NCBI GenBank assembly: GCA_965215335.1
Contig: CBDCDA010000001.1
Span: forward strand, 128,001 to 192,000
Direction of reading: 5' to 3'
DNA length: 64,000 nt
From: an uncultured Candidatus Entotheonella sp.
GTDB taxonomy: Bacteria; Tectomicrobia; Entotheonellia; Entotheonellales; Entotheonellaceae
The position numbers and the translations under genes are program-made. The notes beneath the pieces are model-generated. The model searched no databases, was not told the origin of the DNA, and was given only the letters and a program-made list of their open reading frames with translations. Of this stretch, positions 19,768 through 30,250 are shown piece by piece; the stretch's first letter is position 1; every line of letters starts with the position of its first letter.

Positions 19768-21751
19768 ATGCCTCGGTTGCGCTTCTGACCAAATTGTTTG
19801 TCAACCGCTCGTATTGTCGAAACATGGCAACTGCTTTCTCCACTCTTGCTGAATCCTCCTCACGCCTTTCGATCAAGACCCTGGGTACAGGGAGTTCAAG
19901 TAGTGTGTTTTGGTTGAACCGTGGATGGTGTCCTCCCTCTTGGGATGCGGCAAGCACCGTCTGGACTGGTTCTGAGAGAAGAAATGGAACCAGGAAGCTG
20001 ATTGAGCTGCTGTTAGCGGATCTGAGGACGAAAAACTCGGTCGAGCAAAGCAATCGAATGTTTTGGTTCCAACCTGGTATATCATCATCAACAAGCGCAA
20101 CTTGTCGCAGATAGGGTCTTAGCCGAGAGATGATCACACATCCTGGTTCCACGGATTTCTTTGTACTACCCACCTCCGCCAGCGATACGGTATTCTTTCT
20201 ACATAGAACGACCCCCTCTTGGGCGTCGGACGTATCAAGCACCAGAAAGCGTAGCCCCTCCTCAGTCACCTTGGGATCAACGTTTACTCGCAAAATTTCC
20301 GCAACTTCTTCGAGCCGAACTTCCTCCTTGGCTGTCGCCAAAGACGCTCTGCGAGGATCGTAGCGCTCGGGTGCCAGCACTAACCCTTGCCCAAGCTCTC
20401 TTATTTTCTTCACATTCCAAAGTGTTTGCGCTCCAGGCCATCCAGGCTTGGTGTCCTTTTCCATGAACTTGTGGAACACATCAACGATCTTTTCAAGGTC
20501 ATGATCTACCGAGTCCCATATGCTGCCGGGCAGAGAACTTCCCTTCCGAAGCAAGAAGCGCCCTTTAGAATCTTTCCCGTCCCTCTCGCTAATCGCGAAA
20601 AAAACCCGTTCGTCCCGATTTTTTTGTTCTCCCTTCATTCGGCGTTTAACGAAGAGCACGCTTGCCTTTTGATGTGTATGGGGGAGAAAGGTATTCCGCC
20701 CAAGGCCAACTACTCCCAAAATTCGTGCTTCGTCAAGTAATCGCTCACGCACAGCTTTGAACATCGAACCAGCAAACTTATTGTGTGGGAGGATGATCCC
20801 GAGCCTTCCCCCCGGTCGTAGCAATTCGACACAGCGTTCAATGAACAGAACATCCCTCTCAACTCGAGCCTTCCCATAACTCACCTTGTAACCGTCGAGT
20901 ATATGGCGTTCCCGCACCTCTCCCGCAAAAGGGGGGTTGGTTAGGATCACATCAAATCCAACGTGTCGTCTTCTCCGACTTCTGCAGACGTCTTCGATAG
21001 ACAAACTTCCGGCTTCATCCCCATCATTCCCCCTAAAGGTCAGCGGGAAGAGCCCACCCATATCCGGCCGCAACAGACTATTCAACCTGATGATATTCGT
21101 ATTGCCATCCCCGGCGAGCAGCATCAACGCCTTGGCAACACGGACAGCACGACCGTCGATGTCGAATCCCCAGATATTGCTCTGGCAGTACTGCTGCATT
21201 TCTTCTTCCGAGAGTCCTTCATGATCTCGGATGTAATTCAGAGTATGAAGCAGGAAACCGCCCGACCCACATCCCGGATCGCATACGGCTTCGCTCTTGG
21301 TAGGGCGTAACACCCGAACGCAGAAGTCGACTACATGTCGGGGGGTGAAGTACTGCCCCTTCGCTCCCTTAGCACCCTTTGAAACCAGATACTCGAAAAA
21401 CCCGTCGAGCACTTGAAGATCTTTTCCTCCGATCGAGTGCCGGGCAAGTGCCTCCACGCATACCTGCAAGTGTTCGGGCCTTAGGCGCGGTCGCGTCTCC
21501 ATCCCAAGGATGCCAGGCCAAGCCTGCTCGGTTTCGCGAAGCAGGGTGCAAATGGCCTCCAATGTCTCGAATCCGGAGCCTCGCACATAGAACCTAGTTT
21601 TCCTTCCCGACCGCTCATCCCATAGCTTCGCAACCAGAAGTTTGAAAACCTCCTCGAACTCGTCCTCGCCGGAGCTGGCAAGAACGAGATCCTCAAGATG
21701 AAGAAACAGGGACTCCAAGTCATCCTCTCGATTCCAGTGACGCTTCGCCAT
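19730..21751 (-). CDS. N6-adenine DNA methyltransferase, HsdM-like with a fused single HsdS-type specificity domain
   Basis: GQYFTPR, DPGCGSGGFL and NPPF motifs; C-terminal SRLRPYL...STEFFVL...HPRFN TRD-like segment. Confidence 0.88.
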   Translation of the reverse strand: MAKRHWNREDDLESLFLHLEDLVLASSGEDEFEEVFKLLVAKLWDERSGRKTRFYVRGSGFETLEAICTLLRETEQAWPGILGMETRPRLRPEHLQVCVEALARHSIGGKDLQVLDGFFEYLVSKGAKGAKGQYFTPRHVVDFCVRVLRPTKSEAVCDPGCGSGGFLLHTLNYIRDHEGLSEEEMQQYCQSNIWGFDIDGRAVRVAKALMLLAGDGNTNIIRLNSLLRPDMGGLFPLTFRGNDGDEAGSLSIEDVCRSRRRRHVGFDVILTNPPFAGEVRERHILDGYKVSYGKARVERDVLFIERCVELLRPGGRLGIILPHNKFAGSMFKAVRERLLDEARILGVVGLGRNTFLPHTHQKASVLFVKRRMKGEQKNRDERVFFAISERDGKDSKGRFLLRKGSSLPGSIWDSVDHDLEKIVDVFHKFMEKDTKPGWPGAQTLWNVKKIRELGQGLVLAPERYDPRRASLATAKEEVRLEEVAEILRVNVDPKVTEEGLRFLVLDTSDAQEGVVLCRKNTVSLAEVGSTKKSVEPGCVIISRLRPYLRQVALVDDDIPGWNQNIRLLCSTEFFVLRSANSSSISFLVPFLLSEPVQTVLAASQEGGHHPRFNQNTLLELPVPRVLIERREEDSARVEKAVAMFRQYERLTNNLVRSATEAFTKGDRKLPRTA

Positions 21752-21854
21752 TTTGCTTTCTCCTCATTCCTAGGCCGGCAATCCTACAATTCATGGAACA
21801 GAGGATCAAGACGTTCGTCGTGCACTCCTTCGATATACCGAATTGGGTTTAGGG

Positions 21855-21871
21855 ATTGTCTAGATGACAAT
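21855..21871. promoter_or_regulatory. Inverted repeat ATTGTC-N5-GACAAT, candidate operator
   Basis: Perfect 6-bp arms in the divergent intergenic region between the methylase and the controller gene. Confidence 0.35.
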
Positions 21872-21935
21872 TACCAGGTCTTCATAATGCTGACTGACTC
21901 TGTAGCCACCTGAATAGAGATATGGCTCTGTATCG

Positions 21936-22208
21936 ATGCAAGCTACTCACGACCCACGCTACCTTGAGTTCATCGCACGCTTACGGCAGGCCCGAAAGGT
22001 CAAACAACTAACTCAGGCACAACTCGCCTGCCTACTTGCTAAGCCTCAGTCTTATGTGTCCAAGGTTGAAACCTGCGAACGTCGCATTGATCTCATTGAG
22101 ACAGCTGAATGGTGTGTACATCTTGAGGTTCGACTGGATGACCTGCTTCCCGACGCTCTCCGGCAGACCTTGAGAATAAAAGCAGGCTCCGACGGGAGAG
22201 GTCAATGA
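21936..22208 (+). CDS. XRE-family HTH regulator, R-M controller (C) protein-like
   Basis: LRQARK...LTQAQLA...PQSYVSKVETCERRID; no obvious RBS; overlaps the next gene by ATGA. Confidence 0.85.
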   Translation: MQATHDPRYLEFIARLRQARKVKQLTQAQLACLLAKPQSYVSKVETCERRIDLIETAEWCVHLEVRLDDLLPDALRQTLRIKAGSDGRGQ

Positions 22209-22951
22209 GTGCTGACCGAATTACGCCGGAGCAACTTGCCCACCTTCACTCGGCGTTACTGCCCCTCAAAGGAGTTCAGCTTAACAGCCTCCTTCTTCCA
22301 CTCGCTGCACTTGCGGATATCGAACCCTCACAAGTTGGAACAATCGTCGGGACACTGATGGACGCCCTCATTCCCCACTTGGGTGCTAAAGTTGGTCTTG
22401 AGAAACATGAAGGTCTTCTTGGGGAACGAGAAGGTTATCCCGACTATCGCCACTCCCCATCAGGGCTGAGAGTGGAACTCAAACTTATCTTTGTAGATAA
22501 CCCATGCCTTAAAATGAAGAAACCGCCGACCCTCCGAGAGCCCTCCGCTCGTCTCACCCAAAAAGTAACGGTCAAGAATGTCACCCCCAAGACTGACGCC
22601 ATGCTCCTCATCGCGTATCAACTCCAAAAGTCCTCGGATCAGCAGGACGCCGTCACTCCAAAGGTTATCGACTTTGGCGTGTTTTCAATGATCGAGCTTG
22701 TTGAGGCGCGTGACAGACGACTTGTGGAATCCAGCGGTCGCTGGTTCGGAAATTACGAGACCCCCTGCATCCTTAGCCGTCTCGGACGCAAAAAAATAAA
22801 ACAGGGCATTTCGCTGGACATAAGCACATATGGACGCAAGGAGTCTGAAGGAAAAGATTTCAATGAGGACACCAATTTCGGGAAACTCAAGAGGATCCCC
22901 CACCCAGACCTCCAAGCCTTCCTTCGCAAGTACTCCCACAAGGACGGGTAA
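22205..22951 (+). CDS. Putative restriction endonuclease, PD-(D/E)xK type
   Basis: GYPDY...RVELK motif; coupled to the controller gene and divergent from the methylase. Confidence 0.68.
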   Translation: MSADRITPEQLAHLHSALLPLKGVQLNSLLLPLAALADIEPSQVGTIVGTLMDALIPHLGAKVGLEKHEGLLGEREGYPDYRHSPSGLRVELKLIFVDNPCLKMKKPPTLREPSARLTQKVTVKNVTPKTDAMLLIAYQLQKSSDQQDAVTPKVIDFGVFSMIELVEARDRRLVESSGRWFGNYETPCILSRLGRKKIKQGISLDISTYGRKESEGKDFNEDTNFGKLKRIPHPDLQAFLRKYSHKDG

Positions 22952-23184
22952 GGAGGTCATGGAGAAGGACCATCATGCCCAGGAAGCGATGTAAGCTGGC
23001 TCTTTGAGCCCCCTTCCATATCCAGCAGACACCTCGGAGTGGCTTACGTCTACCTCCCGGTTTGAAGCCGCGCTCCTCCCGTCCCCCCTATTGAACCCCA
23101 AGCCCGCTCAACATAGAATATCGTCCCGGCAAATCAAGCCACGCCGCATGCCCGTTGAAAACAGCCACCTTCGAAAGGACCAAC

Positions 23185-24198
23185 ATGGCGACCAACGACC
23201 ACTGGCTTTCACTCGTGCAGGAAGACACGATTGAGCCGGACCTGCCGATTTGCGACCCGCACCATCACTTGTGGGATCACCGCTACGAACGGGTCGAGCC
23301 GCGCTACCTGCTGGACGAGCTTCTGGCCGACATCAACAGCGGCCACAACGTCGTCTCGACGGTATTCGTACAATGCACCGCCATGCACAAGGCCGATGGC
23401 CCGGAGGCCATGCGGCCGGTTGGCGAAACGGAATTCGTCAACGGCATTGCCGCCATGAGCGCCTCGGGGGCGTATGGATCGAGCCGGGTGGCCGCCGGCA
23501 TCGTGGGCACGGTCGATCTCACGCTGGGCGACGGCGTAGCGCCCGTGCTGGAAGCCCATCTGCAGGCCGGCGGCGGACGCTTTCGCGGCATTCGCCACAG
23601 CGCTGCGTGGGACCCGGCAGGCCCTCTCATCTCCAACCGCCCGATGCCACCGGCACATTTGTACCTCGATGCCAGGTTCCGCTCCGGATTCGCCCACCTG
23701 GCTCGCTACGACATGACCTTCGAGGGCTGGTGTTATCACCACCAGATCACCGAGCTTACCGACCTCGCCCGCGCCTTTCCCGACACCACGATCATTCTCG
23801 ATCATTTCGGCGGACCTCTCGGCATCGGTCCGTACGCGGGCAAGCGCGAGGAAATCATGGCGCAGTGGCGCCAGGACATCAGCGAGTTGGCGACGTGCGA
23901 CAACGTCGTGGCCAAGCTCGGCGGCATCAACATGGAGGTCAACGGCTTCGGTTGGCACGAGCGCGAGCGGCCGCCCACTTCGCAGGCGTTGATGGCGGCT
24001 ACGCGGCCCTATTACGAGCACACCATCCAACAGTTCGGCATTTCGCGCTGCATGTTCGAATCCAACTATCCGGTCGACAAGGTAAGCTGCAGCTACAACG
24101 TGCTGTGGAATTCCTTCAAGCGCCTCACGACGGATTATTCTGCCGACGAAAAGGCGCAGCTTTTCCACGACACGGCGGCCCGTGTCTACCGGCTCTGA
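23185..24198 (+). CDS. Amidohydrolase family protein
   Basis: DPHHHLW, ILDHFGG and MFESNYPVD motifs. Confidence 0.9.
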   Translation: MATNDHWLSLVQEDTIEPDLPICDPHHHLWDHRYERVEPRYLLDELLADINSGHNVVSTVFVQCTAMHKADGPEAMRPVGETEFVNGIAAMSASGAYGSSRVAAGIVGTVDLTLGDGVAPVLEAHLQAGGGRFRGIRHSAAWDPAGPLISNRPMPPAHLYLDARFRSGFAHLARYDMTFEGWCYHHQITELTDLARAFPDTTIILDHFGGPLGIGPYAGKREEIMAQWRQDISELATCDNVVAKLGGINMEVNGFGWHERERPPTSQALMAATRPYYEHTIQQFGISRCMFESNYPVDKVSCSYNVLWNSFKRLTTDYSADEKAQLFHDTAARVYRL

Positions 24199-24281
24199 CG
24201 CGCTGTCGCATCGGTCTGGCTGAATCCGCAAACAGGCCCGACCACGGCCATGGTCGATGGGCATCCTCTGGAGGGGGCAGG

Positions 24282-25355
24282 GTGGCCCGCATCGTGCTCG
24301 AAAATCTCGTCAAGGCATTCGGCGCCGGGGTCACGGCCGTCGCCGGGATCAGCCTGGACATTCAAGACGGCGAGTTCATGATTTTCGTCGGGCCCTCCGG
24401 CTGCGGCAAAACAACCACCCTCAACATGATCTGCGGTCTCGAGCAGCCGACCAGCGGCAGCGTGATCATCGGCGACCGGGTCGTCAACGACCTGGAACCG
24501 GGCGAGCGCCACCTTGGCATGGTGTTTCAGAGTCTCGCGCTGTTTCCCCACATGACCGTATTCGAGAACATCGCCTTCGGTTTACGGGTCCGGAAAGTCC
24601 GCCTGGCTGACCTGAACCAGCGCGTCAGCCGCGTCGCCGAGACCTTTCAGATCACCCACCTGCTTGCCAAGAAACCAGCTCAGTGCTCCGGCGGCGAGGC
24701 ACAGCGGGTGGCCTTGGCGCGCACCGTCATCAGCAACCCCGACGTGCTCCTGCTGGACGAGCCGCTGTCCAGTCTCGACGCCAAACTGCGGATCGAAATG
24801 CGCACCGAGCTCAAACGCCTGCACGAGCAGTTGCGCTCCACCTTCGTCTACGTCACCCATGACCAGGCCGAGGCGATGACCATGGCCGACCGCATTGCCG
24901 TCATGCAGGCGGGCCGCATTCAGCAGATCGGCACCCCGATGGAGATCTACCGCCGTCCGGCCAACCTCTTCGTGGCCGGCTTTTTCGGCATGCCGACCAT
25001 GAATCTCATTTTGGGGCGCCTCAACGACACCACCCCGCCACGCTTCCAGGCGGACAACCTCGATCTCGAATTGCCCGCCGAGACCGTGCCTTGCGCCGCC
25101 GTGGGCCGCGACGTCTGTCTCGGCGTCCGCTCCGAGCATGTCCTGCTGGGTGCTCAAGGCGTTGCCGGACGTGTCCAGTTGACCGAACCACTGGGCGATG
25201 AAACGCTGGTTTTTTTCGATTACGGCGGCCCGTCCCATCTGGTGGCCAAATACAGAGGGGACCGTATCTTCAACGCGGGGGAGACCATCGTCTTCAACTT
25301 TGATCCTAAAGGCATGCTCGTGTTCGACGCGAAGGACGAGGCACGCCTGGAATGA
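24282..25355 (+). CDS. Sugar-type ABC transporter ATP-binding protein (MalK/UgpC-like)
   Basis: GPSGCGKTT, SGGEAQRVAL, LLDEPLS, VTHDQAEA; GTG start. Confidence 0.92.
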   Translation: MARIVLENLVKAFGAGVTAVAGISLDIQDGEFMIFVGPSGCGKTTTLNMICGLEQPTSGSVIIGDRVVNDLEPGERHLGMVFQSLALFPHMTVFENIAFGLRVRKVRLADLNQRVSRVAETFQITHLLAKKPAQCSGGEAQRVALARTVISNPDVLLLDEPLSSLDAKLRIEMRTELKRLHEQLRSTFVYVTHDQAEAMTMADRIAVMQAGRIQQIGTPMEIYRRPANLFVAGFFGMPTMNLILGRLNDTTPPRFQADNLDLELPAETVPCAAVGRDVCLGVRSEHVLLGAQGVAGRVQLTEPLGDETLVFFDYGGPSHLVAKYRGDRIFNAGETIVFNFDPKGMLVFDAKDEARLE

Positions 25356-25386
25356 AACCGAATCGGCACCCAAAGGAGGCGATCCC

Positions 25387-26856
25387 GTGAAACACATCAG
25401 GCTGCTGACTTCAATCGCGCCTTGCCTCGTTGTTGCATGCACACTGGCGAACGCCCAGACCCTACCCGGCGACACGGTGGAGGAACGCGCCATCAACGGC
25501 GCCAAGGCGTACGTCGAAGAACACCAGTTGCAAAACCCGGCGCTCACCATCCTGCTCATTTCCCTGTTCCGCAACGCCATGCCGGCGTACGCCAGGCAGT
25601 GGGAGGAACTGACCGGCATCCAGGTGAAGTTCATCGAGTACGGTTACACCGACATTCCCTCCAAGATCATGGCGGAGGCGATCGCCAAGACGGGGCAATA
25701 CGACATCTTCAACCATTTTCCATACGTCGTGCCCGATGCCGCCGGTGCCGGTGTGCTGATGCCACTCGATGACTACACCGAGCGCGGCCGCCCGGACTTT
25801 TCCGGCATCGAGCCGGCCCTGCGCGCCCAACAGCGCTACAACGGCAAGCAGTATTTTTTCCTGCTCGATGGCGATCACATCATCTTGGTGCTGCGCCAGG
25901 ACATCCTGGAACTGCCGGGCGCCAAGGAAGAATTCCAGGCGCAATACGGCTGGGAACCCGGCTGCCCGGAAACGATGGCGCAGTGGGAGCAATTGGCGTC
26001 GTTTTTCCACACCCGGAAAGGCGACACGCGATGGGGCAAGACGTTTGACCAGGACCTGTACGGCGCCATGGCCTACCGCGCCATCAACTTCTCATACCGT
26101 CATTTCCCGGCCTACTTCGGGGGTCTGCTGTTCGACGCGAACATGAACCCCCTGATCAACACGCCGCGCGGCATCGAGGCGATCCGCGCCTTCAGTTCGA
26201 TCGTGCCGTACATGCCGCCCGACATTCAGGGCTGGGGAACGCCGCAGATTTATCCCTTCTGGGCGAGCGGCCAGGCTTTCTCGGTGATGTCCTTCCCTTC
26301 CATCGTGGGCTACGGCAACAAGAATCCGCAGACGCAGATCGCCGGCCAGCAGCTCAGTTGCATCATCCCCGGCGTGATGCGGGACGATCAACTGGTGCGC
26401 CGCTCGCCGCAGGCCGCCGGTACCGGCTACATGGTGAGCCGCTACAGCCAACACCCGGAGCTGGCTTACTACTTTCTGCAATGGTTCACGGGCCCGCAGC
26501 AGGGCGACGTCGCCATCGCCGACCCGCAGGGCTTTTGGGACCCGATGCGGCGCTCGAATCTGCACAACCCGGCGATTGTCGAAAAGTTCGGCAGTCAGTT
26601 CATCGAGACGACGATGGCGAACACCAAGCATGCTATCTCGCTGCTGATGCTGGAGGGCAACTACGAGTATTACAACGTCCTGGACAAGAACCTGGCGCAG
26701 GTGATGCAAGGCTACCTGACGCCGGAAGAGGCCGCCGCGCGCATCGAGAGAGGCTGGAATTCCGTCACGGAAGACGTGGGACGCGACTACCAGATCGAAT
26801 CCTGGCGCAATGGCGTCGCCAGCGGCGCCTATCTCGACACCTTCCAGCAGAAATAG
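25387..26856 (+). CDS. ABC transporter extracellular solute-binding protein
   Basis: Signal peptide, WEELTGIQV; lies between the ATPase and two permeases. Confidence 0.88.
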   Translation: MKHIRLLTSIAPCLVVACTLANAQTLPGDTVEERAINGAKAYVEEHQLQNPALTILLISLFRNAMPAYARQWEELTGIQVKFIEYGYTDIPSKIMAEAIAKTGQYDIFNHFPYVVPDAAGAGVLMPLDDYTERGRPDFSGIEPALRAQQRYNGKQYFFLLDGDHIILVLRQDILELPGAKEEFQAQYGWEPGCPETMAQWEQLASFFHTRKGDTRWGKTFDQDLYGAMAYRAINFSYRHFPAYFGGLLFDANMNPLINTPRGIEAIRAFSSIVPYMPPDIQGWGTPQIYPFWASGQAFSVMSFPSIVGYGNKNPQTQIAGQQLSCIIPGVMRDDQLVRRSPQAAGTGYMVSRYSQHPELAYYFLQWFTGPQQGDVAIADPQGFWDPMRRSNLHNPAIVEKFGSQFIETTMANTKHAISLLMLEGNYEYYNVLDKNLAQVMQGYLTPEEAAARIERGWNSVTEDVGRDYQIESWRNGVASGAYLDTFQQK

Positions 26857-26860
26857 GTGA

Positions 26861-27826
26861 ATGTCCGTGGTAACGGCAGCAGAAACGGCCTCCAGACGGC
26901 CGGCCGGGTTGGCGGCGTGGCTGGCGCAGGAACGTGTCTTCCGACTCGTGCCCTTCGTCATGGTAGAGGGCATGTTTTTGCTCCTATTGGCCCTGCCGTT
27001 CGTTCTGACGATCTACATCAGCCTGCTCAGATGGCGCGCCAACCGGCCTTTCGAGCAGGCTTACTTTCAGGGTTTCGCCAATTATGCCAGGGTCATCGGC
27101 GAGCCGGAATTCTGGTGGTCGCTCGGCAGGACGTTTTACTTCGCCGGGGCGGCGGTGACCCTCGAACTGGTATTGGGATTCGTGCTGGCCATGCTCGTGC
27201 ACCAGGCGTTTCGCGGGCGGCGGCTGTACATCACCATCTTTCTCGTTCCCATGATGGTCGTGCCGGTGGTGGTGGGCTACAACTTCTCGATGATTTACGT
27301 CGATTCCGGACCGCTGAACCAGATTCTGGCGCCGTTTCTGACCCCGTTCGGCATAACGGCCCGCATCCGCTGGCTGTCGCATCCGCTCGCCGCGCAATGG
27401 GCGATCATTCTGGCCGACGTGTGGCAATGGACGTCACTGACGTTTCTCATTTTCCTGTCGGGATTCGCCGCCCTGCCGCCGGAGTTGATCAATGCGGCTC
27501 GCGTCATGGGCGCGGGTCGCTGGCAGACTTTTCGCCGCATTCAGCTGCCGCTGCTGAAGCCCGCCATCGTCATCGCGGTCGTCATCCGCACCATGGAGGC
27601 CCTGAAGCTGTTCGACCAGGCCGTGCTGCTCACCTTCGGTGGACCTGGCGACAGCACGCAGACCATTGCCTTCTTCCTGTGGCGCCAGGTATGGCAATTC
27701 AACAAGTACGGCTTTGGCGCTGCCGCCTCGGTCCTGCTGTTGCTGCTGTTCTCCAGCCTGATCTACGGCGGCATTTACCTGCTGGTGCGCGAGCGGGCGC
27801 TGCTGCAGCCGGAGGGGAGGGGATGA
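26861..27826 (+). CDS. Carbohydrate ABC transporter permease
   Basis: Multiple TM segments, ADVWQWT, EAA-like loop NAARVMGA. Confidence 0.9.
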   Translation: MSVVTAAETASRRPAGLAAWLAQERVFRLVPFVMVEGMFLLLLALPFVLTIYISLLRWRANRPFEQAYFQGFANYARVIGEPEFWWSLGRTFYFAGAAVTLELVLGFVLAMLVHQAFRGRRLYITIFLVPMMVVPVVVGYNFSMIYVDSGPLNQILAPFLTPFGITARIRWLSHPLAAQWAIILADVWQWTSLTFLIFLSGFAALPPELINAARVMGAGRWQTFRRIQLPLLKPAIVIAVVIRTMEALKLFDQAVLLTFGGPGDSTQTIAFFLWRQVWQFNKYGFGAAASVLLLLLFSSLIYGGIYLLVRERALLQPEGRG

Positions 27827-28776
27827 GGGCAGCGACCAGGGATCCTCGCACGTCAACCGCCAGGGCGAGACGCCGGCGGCTCTTTCCATGCCTCCGGCAC
27901 GCGGTTCTGATCGCCTGGTCGCTGGTCGTGCTGTTTCCCATCTTCTGGATGGTGTCGACTTCGTTCAAGGGGCCGGGCGAATGGATCGCCTGGCCACCGC
28001 ACTGGCTGCCGCACCAGCCCACCCTGTACAACTACCGGCAGATCCTGGCCGTCGGCCCCCTGGCGACCGCCCCCAGCCGCGAGGCCACCGAACAGGTCTA
28101 CAACATCTGGAAGGCGGTCGGCGACTCGGTGGCCATCGCCTCTCTCAGCTCGCTGGTGGCGCTGCTCATGGGCACCTTCCTGGCCTACGCGATTTCCCGC
28201 TTCAACGTGGGTGGCAGGAACTTTCGCTACCTCGTCCTGACCATCCGCATGGTGCCGCCCATCGTCATCGCCATTCCCATCCTGATGTACTACGCGGTGC
28301 TGATACCCTACACCACCGACCTGCTGCTGGGCGTGCGGGTCAGCCTGTTCGACACCTACATCGGGATCGGCCTGCTGTACGTGGCGACAACCCTGCCGTT
28401 CGTGATCTGGATGATGCTCAATTTCATCGAGGAGGTGCCCTACACGCTGGAGCACGCCGCCCGCATCATGGGAGCCGGCCGCCTCTACACCCTGCGGCGG
28501 GTCGTCCTGCCCCTGGTGGCTTCGGGCATGATGGTGACGTTCCTGTTCATCTTCATCCTCAACTGGAGCGAATTCCTGCTCGCCCTGACCCTCACGCAGC
28601 CGCAGGTATCGACCCTGCCGGTGCTGCTGAACAAGTTCCAGAGCGCCGTCGAGGGCCGCTTGTACGGTCCGCAAGCCGCCATCGGCACGGTCATCACCCT
28701 GCCCGTGGTGGTGCTCGGCGTCCTCATCCAGAAGCATCTGATTACGGGGTTCAGTTTCGGAATGTTACGAAAGTAG
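27823..28776 (+). CDS. Carbohydrate ABC transporter permease
   Basis: TM segments, LEHAARIMGA, WSEFLLA. Confidence 0.9.
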   Translation: MRAATRDPRTSTARARRRRLFPCLRHAVLIAWSLVVLFPIFWMVSTSFKGPGEWIAWPPHWLPHQPTLYNYRQILAVGPLATAPSREATEQVYNIWKAVGDSVAIASLSSLVALLMGTFLAYAISRFNVGGRNFRYLVLTIRMVPPIVIAIPILMYYAVLIPYTTDLLLGVRVSLFDTYIGIGLLYVATTLPFVIWMMLNFIEEVPYTLEHAARIMGAGRLYTLRRVVLPLVASGMMVTFLFIFILNWSEFLLALTLTQPQVSTLPVLLNKFQSAVEGRLYGPQAAIGTVITLPVVVLGVLIQKHLITGFSFGMLRK

Positions 28777-28867
28777 ACACGGCAACCGGGGCGGGACTTA
28801 TTCGGGCCGGAAGGGTTGTTTACGGATACAGGCTGATGGTTAAACCGTTCTGGGAGGAGGAACCTCA

Positions 28868-29476
28868 ATGACAACGAAACGCATACCCGGCTGGATGACG
28901 GCGCTGGTCAGCGCCTTGCTGGTCATGGTGGCGACGCACGCCACAGCGGAAGAGGCCGAACCCGCCAGGGCCACGTTTGCAGGCGGCTGCTTCTGGTGCG
29001 TGGAAGAGGCGTTCGAGAAGGTACCGGGCGTCATATCGGCCACCTCGGGCTACACGGGCGGGGACGTCGACAACCCGACGTACAGGCAGGTCACCAGTGG
29101 CCGCACCGGTCATGCGGAAGCCGTCGAAGTGATCTACGATCCGGCGCAGGCCACGTATGAGCAACTGCTCGACGTCTTCTGGCGCAACGTCGATCCCACC
29201 GTCGTCGACCGGCAATTCTGCGACATCGGCAACCAGTACCGCACCGCCATCTTCGTGCACGACGACGAGCAGATGCGACTCGCCGAAGCCTCCAGGAAAG
29301 CCCTGCAGGAATCGAAGCCGTTCGCGGCGCCGATCGTGACGCCGGTCGTCGCGGCCTCAACGTTTTACCCCGCCGAGGATTATCACCAGGACTACTACAG
29401 GCACAACCCGCTGCGCTACAAGTTCTACAAATGGAACTGCGGCCGTGCCCAGCGCCTGGCGGAACTCTGGGGCTAA
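28868..29476 (+). CDS. msrA: Peptide-methionine (S)-S-oxide reductase with signal peptide
   Basis: AGGCFWC, TGHAE and AEDYHQDYY motifs. Confidence 0.95.
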   Translation: MTTKRIPGWMTALVSALLVMVATHATAEEAEPARATFAGGCFWCVEEAFEKVPGVISATSGYTGGDVDNPTYRQVTSGRTGHAEAVEVIYDPAQATYEQLLDVFWRNVDPTVVDRQFCDIGNQYRTAIFVHDDEQMRLAEASRKALQESKPFAAPIVTPVVAASTFYPAEDYHQDYYRHNPLRYKFYKWNCGRAQRLAELWG

Positions 29477-30120
29477 GCCCGCCACGGCCAGTCGCCGAAG
29501 GGTTCGGAGCAAATCAGGCGCACGGCGCCGCGCCGCGCCTGAAAGATCTGATAATACGCCTGGCCGGTCGGATTGCCGTTGTGGCTGACCGCCTGCCGGC
29601 CGTTGCTGAGGCCCATGTTGCACGCCTGAATTCTACGGCTGCGACGCTCCAGAAAGGCGTACACCCACGCCAGGGCCTCCCGGAGCGCCAGGCCTTCCGC
29701 CAGCCTTTGCCGCACCAGATACCAGATTTTTTCCGCCCCGATGGCGCCGGGGATCTCCATGCCGCGCGGCGGGCGCACGCCGGCAATGAGGCCGTTGAAC
29801 ACGAAGGCGTACGGCCCGTGCACATACGGTTGTGCAAACGCCAGATCGCCCTTGTGTTGCGGGAACGAGGCGGCGCGCGCGTGCACCACGAGGCGGCGCG
29901 TGGCGGGCACCTGGCGTCCGTAATCCACCTCGGTCCAGATCGGCGCCAGCGACCGGTACAAGGACCAGCCATCACCCTCCTGCCACCAGGCGACGCCCCA
30001 GCCGTCGCCTTGCCAATCCCCGTCGAGACAAGTGCTTTGTTCGCACATGCGGGCAAACTGCTCCAGAACCTCCCGCACGTCGCACGGCTCGTCGGATGAC
30101 AGCAGCAGAAACCGGCACAT
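29473..30120 (-). CDS. Class II glutamine amidotransferase / Ntn-hydrolase family protein
   Basis: N-terminal MCR, DGWG, HARAAS, FNG and SEP motifs. Confidence 0.82.
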   Translation of the reverse strand: MCRFLLLSSDEPCDVREVLEQFARMCEQSTCLDGDWQGDGWGVAWWQEGDGWSLYRSLAPIWTEVDYGRQVPATRRLVVHARAASFPQHKGDLAFAQPYVHGPYAFVFNGLIAGVRPPRGMEIPGAIGAEKIWYLVRQRLAEGLALREALAWVYAFLERRSRRIQACNMGLSNGRQAVSHNGNPTGQAYYQIFQARRGAVRLICSEPFGDWPWRA

Positions 30121-30250
30121 GGGCGCCTCCCGAGTGTGATAGAATCCGCCGTCGATACTATCGGAAAAACGTGCCGGGTCAACCGGATGCCGGACGGGCC
30201 GCAGGGGTCAATCGCCCGTATCCACACACGAACGCATAGAGGGGGAGTGA

